NCBI RefSeq assembly: GCF_900232105.1
Contig: NZ_LT934425.1
Location: 2,190,001-2,222,000, forward strand
Length of the DNA: 32,000 bases
Direction: 5' to 3'
Source: Candidatus Kuenenia stuttgartensis
GTDB lineage: Bacteria > Planctomycetota > Brocadiia > Brocadiales > Brocadiaceae
The stretch's first letter is position 1. Every line of letters starts with the position of its first letter. Below are positions 1 to 7,031 of the stretch, one piece after another. The position numbers and the translations under genes were made by a program. The notes under the pieces were generated by a model that was not told where the DNA came from, ran no database searches, and worked only from the letters and a program-made list of their open reading frames with translations.

Positions 1-88
1 AGGATGTTAACATATACAAAAAAATCTTTCAAGGCTTTTCCTTTTTAATAAAGCAACCTATTGCACTTATTGAGGTGTTAATTGTTCC

Positions 89-117
89 TTGTAATTTCTG
101 AAATATCGATGTATTAT
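89..117 (+). promoter_or_regulatory. candidate sigma70-type promoter upstream of tatC
   Basis: -35 TTGTAA at 89-94, a 17-nt spacer, and -10 TATTAT at 112-117, about 60 nt upstream of the GTG start at 176. Pattern match only. Confidence 0.35.
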
Positions 118-175
118 GAAACTCTTTATTTTATTAGAAAACGAGTAGCATCGCAGAGAAATAATAAGGTTTTGT

Positions 176-1516
176 GTGGATATAAAAGAGGAAGAGTACG
201 GGAAAATCGAAGACGCCAGGATGCCTTTAGGCTCACATTTGGAAGAGTTGCGGCGTAGAGTCTTTTATTCTATCATCGCAATTATTTTCTGTTTTATATT
301 ATGCTGGGTCTTTAAGCTGCACATTTTGGATATAGTAAAGCGGCCTCATGGCATTGCTATGCATAAGCTGGGACTTTCCACCGAATTGCAAGTGCTGAGT
401 TATCAGGAAGGTTTTTACGCATACATGAAGCTGTGCTTCATCAGCGCCATTTTTTTAATGTATCCCCTTATCATTTATCAGGCATGGAGATTTGTCAGCG
501 CGGGGCTGTATGCGAAGGAAAAAAGGTACATTCTCGTTTTCTTCCCGGTTTCATACATTGCTTTCGTTATGGGCGGGCTTTTCGGATATTATTTATTAAT
601 CCCCTTTGGCTTGCAATTTTTAATAAGCATCCTTGGCCCCGGCATTCAACCCATCATTACGATGCAACAATATGTGTCGTTTGTTTTCCTGCTGACGGTC
701 GCGCTTGGGCTGGTATTTCAACTACCTCTTGTAATGCTGCTTTTGTCAAAGATAGGATTCGTATCTGCAGATAACTTTATTAAGTGGAGAAAATATTCAA
801 TACTTGTTATTTTCATTATTGCTGCCATAGTAACACCGCCAGACCCTTTTACCCAGACAATGACAGCCGCCCCAATGATCCTGTTGTATGAATTAGGGAT
901 ACTCGTGGCAAAACCAACAAAAAAGGGGTTTATTTTACTTGGTATGGTTGTTGGGCTTGGTATTGTCGCCCTCGCGGCAGCATATTTTTATTTTACACAT
1001 ACACGAGGAATGATAGACCTTTCCCGCGTCTATGGGAATATGCAATTACAAAAGGCCGAAGATCATAAGTGGAAAAAGGTATCCTCTGTTGACCGCTTCC
1101 ATAGCGGCGTTGTTCTCAAAACCGGCGACGGAGAGAAGTCTTCATTTTCGACTAAAAATGGGATTGGCGTAAACATGGATTCGAATACCGAAATGTACTT
1201 TATTGATCCATGGAAAATTAACCTCCAAAAAGGGCAAATATTTCTCTCCCTTGCAAACTTGAAAAAAAATCTGGAGATTCTTACCCTAAATGGAAAGATT
1301 GTGGCAGATAACGGAATTTTTAATGTCCGGATAACGGAGTACGCCACTATTGTTACTGCGGTAAAGGGAGAAGCCACATTAATGCTGGAAGGTGAAACAA
1401 AAAAATTGCTTGAGGGCAGACAGCGCAAAATGGCTGCCGGGGGAGAACCCGTGGATATTCATTCCATAATTGATTGGTCTGAAGGCATCATAACGGATGT
1501 ACAGGGCAAAGAATAA
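176..1516 (+). CDS. tatC: Sec-independent (Tat) translocase subunit TatC, fused to an extra TM helix and a C-terminal FecR-like domain
   Basis: 446-aa ORF. The first ~250 aa are collinear with TatC: PLGSHLEELRRR, LMYPLIIYQAWRFVSAGLY, the VTPPDPFTQT motif, and six hydrophobic helices. A 7th hydrophobic helix follows (GFILLGMVVGLGIVALAAAYFYF), then a ~170-aa beta-rich tail matching the FecR-sensor pattern. The GTG start at 176 has AAGG 6 nt upstream; an alternative ATG lies at 221. Confidence 0.85.
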   Translation: MDIKEEEYGKIEDARMPLGSHLEELRRRVFYSIIAIIFCFILCWVFKLHILDIVKRPHGIAMHKLGLSTELQVLSYQEGFYAYMKLCFISAIFLMYPLIIYQAWRFVSAGLYAKEKRYILVFFPVSYIAFVMGGLFGYYLLIPFGLQFLISILGPGIQPIITMQQYVSFVFLLTVALGLVFQLPLVMLLLSKIGFVSADNFIKWRKYSILVIFIIAAIVTPPDPFTQTMTAAPMILLYELGILVAKPTKKGFILLGMVVGLGIVALAAAYFYFTHTRGMIDLSRVYGNMQLQKAEDHKWKKVSSVDRFHSGVVLKTGDGEKSSFSTKNGIGVNMDSNTEMYFIDPWKINLQKGQIFLSLANLKKNLEILTLNGKIVADNGIFNVRITEYATIVTAVKGEATLMLEGETKKLLEGRQRKMAAGGEPVDIHSIIDWSEGIITDVQGKE

Positions 1517-1526
1517 AACAGCGGAA

Positions 1527-1592
1527 CTCCTCAATAAGTATAACTATTCAGCGTAAACATTACACGACTCCCTGCGGGTTCAGGTTACAAAC
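1527..1592. repeat. left arm of a palindromic intergenic repeat element interrupted by the IS
   Basis: CCTCAATAAGTATAACTATTCAGCGTAAACATTACACGACTCCCTGCGGGTTCAGGTTACAAAC. The tip TAACTATTCAGCGTAA is the reverse complement of 4385-4400. The GCGGGTTC core pairs with GAACCCGC at 4283-4290. It is about 80% similar to the reverse complement of 12330-12382. Confidence 0.7.
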
Positions 1593-1617
1593 CAATGTCA
1601 TTAAGTTAAGAATTATT

Positions 1618-1862
1618 GTAACACTTTGGTTTAAAAAAAAACGTATTACCGATAAGCTCCGTAGGAGCAACCTGTTTGTAGTAGATAGAATACCATAACA
1701 GATATTAGCTCCGTCAGGAGCGGCCTGTCTTCCTGTCAATCATATACAGGCCGCTCCTACGGAGCTATTTACCTGTTGAATTTTATTGTGCTACAAACAG
1801 ACCGCCCCTAAAGGGGCTACATTGTTTTTTATATCCCCTTGAATTTTTCAAATAACTAAGGT
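1618..1862. repeat. nested palindromic (MITE/REP-like) segment inside the IS left end
   Basis: Bounded by a perfect 13-bp direct repeat GTTAAGAATTATT (1605-1617 and 1863-1875). It contains a composite palindrome at 1656-1817. Four mini-hairpins GCYCC-N3-4-GGRGC (1656-1668, 1708-1721, 1753-1765, 1804-1817) each abut CCTGT or ACAGG. The outer arms are CCTGTTTGTAG / CTACAAACAG. Confidence 0.6.
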
Positions 1863-1969
1863 GTTAAGAATTATTTTATTAAAAACAACCCCCTTTTCCC
1901 CCTTTATTAACTGGGGATGACCCATATTTTTTGCTGGACACCGTGTTAACCGTATGTTACACTGTGTAC

Positions 1970-4162
1970 ATGCATAGAGTAGGAGGTCGAATATTTTCAG
2001 ATGATGTAATAAAGCGTTTATCAGAAACTATCCAAAAGGAACCGTGCCTATCGCGTCGTAAACTGTCGCGTCTGGTATGCGAATGGATGGACTGGCGGAA
2101 TCAAGCGGGCCGTTTGCAAGAGATGAGTTGTCGCAAGGCGTTGTTGGAATTGGATCGTCGTAAAGAGATCAATCTTCCAAAGGTGAACAGGCATTATGCA
2201 TTTCAAAAAGTCAATAAACCTGCGGAGGCGCCTCCGATTGCGGAAGTGTCATGCGAGCTAGCGGAGTTGGGTGACGTAGAGATTATACGGGTTACAACGA
2301 GAATCCATTCGAAACTTTGGCGTAGCATGTTAGAAGCGCATCATTATCTTGGAAGTGGGCCCCTATGCGGGGCGCAACTTCGGTATCTTGTACGCAGTGA
2401 ATATTACGGATGGATAGGAGGGCTAAGTTATAGTGCCTGTGCCAGACGGGTGGAAAGTCGCGACGAGTGGATAGGATGGACGGAGGAAGCACGTAAGCGG
2501 AATCATACGTTTGTTATCAATAACAGTCGGTATTTAATAGCGCCTACGGTAAGAGTAAAATGTTTGGCATCGCATGTATTGGCAAAATGCCAAACACGTT
2601 TGGTAGATGATTGGGAAAGAGTGTATAAATATCGTCCTGTACTTTTAGAAACCTATGTGGAACGAGGACGGTTTTCCGGAAGCTGTTATCTGGCAGCTAA
2701 CTGGAAGTATGTAGGAGGCACGGAAGGTCGAGGACGAAAAGGAACAGGTGCAACGGTCAAAGACGTTTATGTTATGCCGTTGCAAAAGAAATGGCAGGCG
2801 GTGTTGTGTTGTTGTGCCGATGGCAAAGTACATGTTCGCCAAAGAGTGGCACAAAAAGAGCCTCGGGATTGGATAGAAGCGGAACTTGGAGGAACAAAAT
2901 TGGGCGATGCACGATTGACCTCAAGACTTTTAGAAATGACAGGTATGTTTTATGACAAACCTTTGGCAAACATTCCGCAGGCGTGCGGCTCAGTCAGTGC
3001 GACTAAGGCTGCATACCGATTCCTTGACAATGAGAATGTAGATTGGAAGGCGATATTGCAAGCTCATTATGAGGCCACGGAAGAGCGTGTGAAGGAGAAT
3101 AGTTTGGTTTTGGTAGCGCAAGATACTACGACTCTGAATTATAGCACACATCCGAATACGCAGGGGTTAGGGCCGATAGGTACTAAGAGTAAAAAAGTTC
3201 GTGGACTGATGGTGCATGATACGATGGCGTTTACTGAAAGTGGCACACCCTTGGGACTTCTGAATGTGCAATGCTGGGCGCGGGACGGAATAGGCAGCAA
3301 ACATAAACGACACAAGAAGCCTATCGAAGAGAAGGAAAGCTGGAAATGGGTGGAGAGTTACCATGCAGTATCGCAAGTACAGAAACGCTGTCGAAACAAA
3401 TCTTTGCTGGTGGTTGTGGCAGATCGTGAGGCCGATATTCACGAGGTATTCGCTGAGCAGTATAATACGCCTGATGGCGCTCAGTTGCTGATCCGTGCAG
3501 AACGTTCGCGCAATAGAAAGGTTGTTGATGATAAAGAATCATGCGAGTTTTTGTGGACTAAACTGGAACAGCAACCGGCGATGCCTGTTACGCTACGCCC
3601 ACCTATGCTAAAAAAGAATATGCCTGCGGTCAGGGTGTGGGCGGTGCTGGCGCAGGAAGTCAATCCGCCTATCGGAATTGATGGGTTAGAATGGATGCTG
3701 TTAACCACAGTTGCGGTTAAGCAAGAAAAAGATGCTTACGAACGTTTGGAATGGTATGCTCGCCGATGGGGTATTGAGTGTTATCATCGTATTATCAAGA
3801 GCGGTTGTCGTGTCGAGGCCCGGCAGTTGGAGAGTGCTCGTCGTCTATGCAACGCTTTGGCCATTGATATGATTATAGCTTGGCGTATCCATTACCTGAC
3901 TACTTTAGGACAAGAAACACCTGATGTCCCTTGTACTGTCTACTTCAGCGATTCTGAATGGAAAGCATTGACAACTTTTGCGAACAAGGTCAAGGAGCCT
4001 CCTGATTTACCTCCAAGCCTCAATGATGCCGTGCGGCTTTTAGGTAAACTTGGCGGTCATCTGGGTCGCCGTGGTGATGGCCATCCCGGAAGTGAAGTAC
4101 TTTGGCGAGGCATGTCACGTTTGGCTGATATTGAAGTTGCTTACGAACTTTACACCACTTAG
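1970..4162 (+). CDS. IS4-family Tn5-like DDE transposase with an N-terminal DUF4338 (DruA-like) domain
   Basis: The N-terminal ~300 aa show a DUF4338-like block: LEAHHYLGSGPLCGAQLRYLV, RDEWIGW, VINNSRYLI, LLETYVERGRFSGSCYLAANWKYVGGTEGRGR. The C-terminal ~430 aa are collinear with Tn5 transposase. That part has the LGDARLTSRL DNA-binding N-terminus, DDE residues in AQDTTTLNY and VADREADI, and YARRWGIECYHRIIKSG (the Y-x2-R-x3-E-x6-K signature). The ORF-track start at 1931 is TTG; the first ATG is at 1970. Confidence 0.9.
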   Translation: MHRVGGRIFSDDVIKRLSETIQKEPCLSRRKLSRLVCEWMDWRNQAGRLQEMSCRKALLELDRRKEINLPKVNRHYAFQKVNKPAEAPPIAEVSCELAELGDVEIIRVTTRIHSKLWRSMLEAHHYLGSGPLCGAQLRYLVRSEYYGWIGGLSYSACARRVESRDEWIGWTEEARKRNHTFVINNSRYLIAPTVRVKCLASHVLAKCQTRLVDDWERVYKYRPVLLETYVERGRFSGSCYLAANWKYVGGTEGRGRKGTGATVKDVYVMPLQKKWQAVLCCCADGKVHVRQRVAQKEPRDWIEAELGGTKLGDARLTSRLLEMTGMFYDKPLANIPQACGSVSATKAAYRFLDNENVDWKAILQAHYEATEERVKENSLVLVAQDTTTLNYSTHPNTQGLGPIGTKSKKVRGLMVHDTMAFTESGTPLGLLNVQCWARDGIGSKHKRHKKPIEEKESWKWVESYHAVSQVQKRCRNKSLLVVVADREADIHEVFAEQYNTPDGAQLLIRAERSRNRKVVDDKESCEFLWTKLEQQPAMPVTLRPPMLKKNMPAVRVWAVLAQEVNPPIGIDGLEWMLLTTVAVKQEKDAYERLEWYARRWGIECYHRIIKSGCRVEARQLESARRLCNALAIDMIIAWRIHYLTTLGQETPDVPCTVYFSDSEWKALTTFANKVKEPPDLPPSLNDAVRLLGKLGGHLGRRGDGHPGSEVLWRGMSRLADIEVAYELYTT

Positions 4163-4270
4163 CCTTCAGCTCAATTGGCCGTACAACTACGGTGCTCTTG
4201 AAATTTGTGGGTAAAGATTAGCTTTATTAAGGGGGACTTTTCTGGCAGGTTGCTTAACTTAATGACATTG

Positions 4271-4416
4271 GGTTACAAACCGGAACCCGCGAATGTAGTT
4301 TCCCGTGCCATTACGTTCCCAAACAGACACTTCACTATGTTCAGTACAAGGTTTGAGAACGAGTTGTGCTTCGGTAGTTTAATAGATTACGCTGAATAGT
4401 TACCAATAAGTTGAGG
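4271..4416. repeat. right arm of the IS-interrupted palindromic repeat element
   Basis: GGTTACAAACCGGAACCCGCG ... CGGTAGTTTAATAGATTACGCTGAATAGTTACCAATAAGTTGAGG. Its distal ~45 nt match the reverse complement of 12274-12315 (GTAACTATTCAGCGCAATCTATTAAACTACCGAA). It carries a ~75-bp internal segment that is absent from the 12.3-kb copy. Confidence 0.7.
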
Positions 4417-4593
4417 TAAACAACCCCCTTGCTTCCTTATTAATGGGAAATGCTGTACAGTTGGCAGTCGGCAAATTACAGACGGCAGTCTGTAGAAATT
4501 ATTATAAAAACCACAGCTTATTGAGAAGTTACAAAACAATTTTTATGCCGTTTTCGTATAGGTAAACATTGAAGTTCGTTGAAAGGGATTAAA

Positions 4594-6018
4594 ATGTATA
4601 AATCAGTAAAACTGCACAAATGCCAGGCAGCATATATTGCTGTACTATTTTCTTCCATACTGTTTTTTCAAAACCTTGCCGTAGCGGCATGGTCGACCAG
4701 TCCTCTTGAGAATACGGCAATTTGTACTGCCAAGGGACAACAAAGCGCAATCCAGGCGATAGGTGACGGCGTAGGCGGCGCTATTATAGTATGGGAAGAT
4801 ACCCGTAATGTTCACTTTGATATTTTTGCACAGCGAATTGATGCAAAGGGAAATGTGCTGTGGCAGAAAAATGGCGTGCCTGTGTGCCTGGCAGAAGAAA
4901 ACCAGAGGCAGCCGAAAATTATCAGCGACGGAGCAGGCGGCGTTATTATTACATGGCACGATTTGCGCCGCGGGATTAGTGACAGTGATATTTATGCGCA
5001 AAGGATTGATGCAAGCGGAAGTCCCCTGTGGAAAGTGGATGGGATAACGGTATGTGATGAAATTAATGAGCAAGACAGCCCGTGCATCGTTACGGACGGA
5101 GCAGGCGGCGCTATTATCATATGGCAGGATACCAGGACAAATTATGATGATTTGTATGCACAGAGAATCAATCACAATGGAGAGGTATTGTGGAAAGAGA
5201 ATGGCGTTCCTGTTTGTCTGGTATATGGGTCCCAAAGCGCGCCCGTTGCCGTAGAAGATGGCCACGGTGGCGCTGTTATCGTGTGGCAGGATTTCAGAAA
5301 AACATTCGCCGATCTCTATGCCCAGCGAATCGATAGCAGCGGCAGTATTTTGTGGGACAAAGCAGGCGTTACCGTATGCGGTGCGCGGGGACACGAGAGC
5401 TATCCCGTTATCACTGGCAACGGCGCGGAAGGCGCAATCATTGCCTGGATGGATATGCGAAATGACAATACCGATATTTTTGCACAACAATTGGATGGAA
5501 ATGGCGACATCATATGGGAGACGGACGGCATTCCCATTTCAATCGCACAGGAAAAACAGGATTATCCGGTGATTGCAACGGATGGAGCAGGGGGCGCGAT
5601 TATTGCATGGTGGGATTTACGCAGCGGAAAATATGATATTTACGCTCAACGCGTTGACCTTGAAGGAAATTCCTTGTGGAAGGACGACGGATTGCCTGTA
5701 TGTATTGAAGCCGGCATTCAGAATTATGTAGCAATCGCCGGGGATGGCGCAGGCGGCGCTATTTTATCCTGGAACGATAATCGATCTTCATCATTTGATA
5801 TCTATGCACAAAGAATTGATTCCGGCGGCAATTCCCTTTGGAACAATAACGGTACGCTGGTGAGCGCTGCAGAGGATACACAATGTTATTCAGCTATTGT
5901 GGGTGACGGAAATGGCGGCGCAATTATTGTGTGGCAAGACGAACGTAATACGGATAAGAGTTATTGGGATATCTATGTCCAGAAAATTAACGCGGCAGGA
6001 TTATTGGGGACTCAATAA
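4594..6018 (+). CDS. secreted repeat protein, predicted 8-bladed beta-propeller
   Basis: The ATG at 4594 has AAGGGA upstream; the ORF-track TTG at 4579 is less likely. N-terminal signal-like segment: YIAVLFSSILFFQNLAVAAW. Eight units of ~54 aa follow the consensus DIYAQRID-x-G-x2-LW-x2-NGVPVC-x10-14-DGAGGAII-W-D-R. Confidence 0.75.
   Translation: MYKSVKLHKCQAAYIAVLFSSILFFQNLAVAAWSTSPLENTAICTAKGQQSAIQAIGDGVGGAIIVWEDTRNVHFDIFAQRIDAKGNVLWQKNGVPVCLAEENQRQPKIISDGAGGVIITWHDLRRGISDSDIYAQRIDASGSPLWKVDGITVCDEINEQDSPCIVTDGAGGAIIIWQDTRTNYDDLYAQRINHNGEVLWKENGVPVCLVYGSQSAPVAVEDGHGGAVIVWQDFRKTFADLYAQRIDSSGSILWDKAGVTVCGARGHESYPVITGNGAEGAIIAWMDMRNDNTDIFAQQLDGNGDIIWETDGIPISIAQEKQDYPVIATDGAGGAIIAWWDLRSGKYDIYAQRVDLEGNSLWKDDGLPVCIEAGIQNYVAIAGDGAGGAILSWNDNRSSSFDIYAQRIDSGGNSLWNNNGTLVSAAEDTQCYSAIVGDGNGGAIIVWQDERNTDKSYWDIYVQKINAAGLLGTQ
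4693..6000 (+). repeat. intragenic tandem repeat of about 162 bp, eight units, encoding the propeller blades
   Basis: The motifs DG-x-GGAII-W and DIYAQRI recur eight times at 54-57-aa spacing. The first unit lacks the DIYAQRI strand, and the C-terminus ends with an orphan DIYVQKINAAG. Confidence 0.8.
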
Positions 6019-6105
6019 CTTTTTGGCAAATTGTGGTAGTTGGTAGTTGTGGAATTGTCCCGGTAAAAAATTTGAAGATTTCCATTTTTTGAAAAAGTAG
6101 GGGGA

Positions 6106-6162
6106 GAAGCATTTGTCAGTTCGGGCACGAACTCATTTATGACAATTTATAGCAAATGCTTC
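6106..6162. terminator. nested hairpin between convergent genes (candidate bidirectional terminator)
   Basis: 10-bp inverted repeat GAAGCATTTG (6106-6115) / CAAATGCTTC (6153-6162). It encloses the inner hairpin GTTCG-GGCA-CGAAC (6119-6132). It lies between the stop codons at 6018 (+) and 6180 (-). There is no strong U-tract. Confidence 0.35.
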
Positions 6163-6179
6163 ACCCCTATACTGTGAAA

Positions 6180-6962
6180 CTACCAGCCAACAGCCTTTTG
6201 CCCATTGTATCTGCCAAACATATCCTGCAATTTGTAAAAAATATCCTTTATGGCAGCCATATTATTCATGGCATACAGGTTCCATGAATATTGGAATTGT
6301 TCTATAGGCCGTAAAAAATCTTCGGCGTCTTCTTCCGCTACCTTGTTTACCGCCGCGTGCTCCAGCCTTAAAGTAGGAATGCGCTCCTCATTTTTACTAA
6401 TAAGTTCAGCGGGGATGATACCATTCCATTCTCTGGAAAAACCTTCTACGATATAGGCCTCCCCATATTTATCAAACAATTGATACCATACATGCGCAAA
6501 GGCGGTCAGATTATTCTTATCTATTACCCATCCCCATACGATTTCCCCGTCAATCTCTAATTTTTCCAATTGTGAAAAGAAGAGAAATACAGAGTCCTCG
6601 CAATCGCCTTGTTTCCGTTGTGCGGTTTCTATGGGTGTTTGCCAATAATCTGTTTTTGGGGGGTCGGCGTGATATTCCAAAGCAAATGCTATTTCTTTGT
6701 ACGCTTCGTATATTTGTTCTCCATTAACAAATGTATTCGCGCACCATTCCCGGTAAAGCAAACTTTCCGGCAGGATGCAATCTTTGTTTTCACCATTCAA
6801 GGGAAATGTATTTATCTGCCACGTATCATGTACAGGTTTATACCCTTTTCCCTCTAAAAACAAATCCGCATACGAAATATCAGCAAATACCCCTGCGCAA
6901 AAAGAAGTCGCTATCACTAGGGAAGCAATCATTGAACCGATGAAATACTTCATACTATTCAC
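6180..6962 (-). CDS. secreted transglutaminase-like cysteine peptidase (BTLCP/LapG-like fold)
   Basis: 260-aa ORF with an N-terminal hydrophobic signal (YFIGSMIASLVIATSFCAG). Candidate Cys-His-acid core: QGDCEDSVFLFF ... FAHVWYQL ... AYIVEG. Confidence 0.6.
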   Translation of the reverse strand: MNSMKYFIGSMIASLVIATSFCAGVFADISYADLFLEGKGYKPVHDTWQINTFPLNGENKDCILPESLLYREWCANTFVNGEQIYEAYKEIAFALEYHADPPKTDYWQTPIETAQRKQGDCEDSVFLFFSQLEKLEIDGEIVWGWVIDKNNLTAFAHVWYQLFDKYGEAYIVEGFSREWNGIIPAELISKNEERIPTLRLEHAAVNKVAEEDAEDFLRPIEQFQYSWNLYAMNNMAAIKDIFYKLQDMFGRYNGQKAVGW

Positions 6963-7031
6963 CTCCTCATATACAATTTTGGAGAATGCACACAGCCCTT
7001 TAATTTCTACTTTAACGAAAGTGTTTAAAAA

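Larger units (their letters stand above)
1593..4270 (+). mobile_element. complete IS4-family (Tn5/IS50-like) insertion sequence
   Basis: Perfect 18-bp terminal inverted repeats: CAATGTCATTAAGTTAAG (1593-1610) and CTTAACTTAATGACATTG (4253-4270). Flanking direct repeat GGTTACAAAC(C) at 1583-1592/3 and 4271-4280/1. One long DDE transposase ORF. The interior is visibly GC-richer than the flanking DNA. Confidence 0.82.

Noticed and set aside
433-1428. ORFs at 433-774 (+) and 1063-1428 (-) inside tatC.
   Set aside because: They are fully embedded in a frame with clear TatC and FecR-like motifs, and show no independent start signals or motifs.
1575-1593. GGGTTCAGGTT / GGTTGCGAACC strings resembling tRNA T-arm sequence, also at 12324-12345.
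   Set aside because: No cloverleaf can be built around them. They form the simple central hairpin of the palindromic repeat.
1593-1621. Outward-facing promoter at the IS left end, using the TTACAA within the 15-mer as a -35 on the minus strand.
   Set aside because: The hexamer at the correct 17-nt spacing is ACATTG, which is a poor -10, and no gene lies downstream in that direction except the end of tatC.
4205-4399. 64-aa ORF spanning the right IS end and the host repeat arm.
   Set aside because: It crosses the inverted repeat, the target duplication and repeat DNA, has a TTG start and no motifs.
4645-5490. 281-aa ORF antisense to the propeller-repeat gene, plus several 66-104-aa same-strand alternate-frame ORFs (4808-5572).
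   Set aside because: It is a by-product of the periodic, codon-biased repeat. The translated sequence is low-complexity (Cys/Asn/Ile-rich) with no motif. The sense frame has a signal peptide and a coherent repeat architecture.
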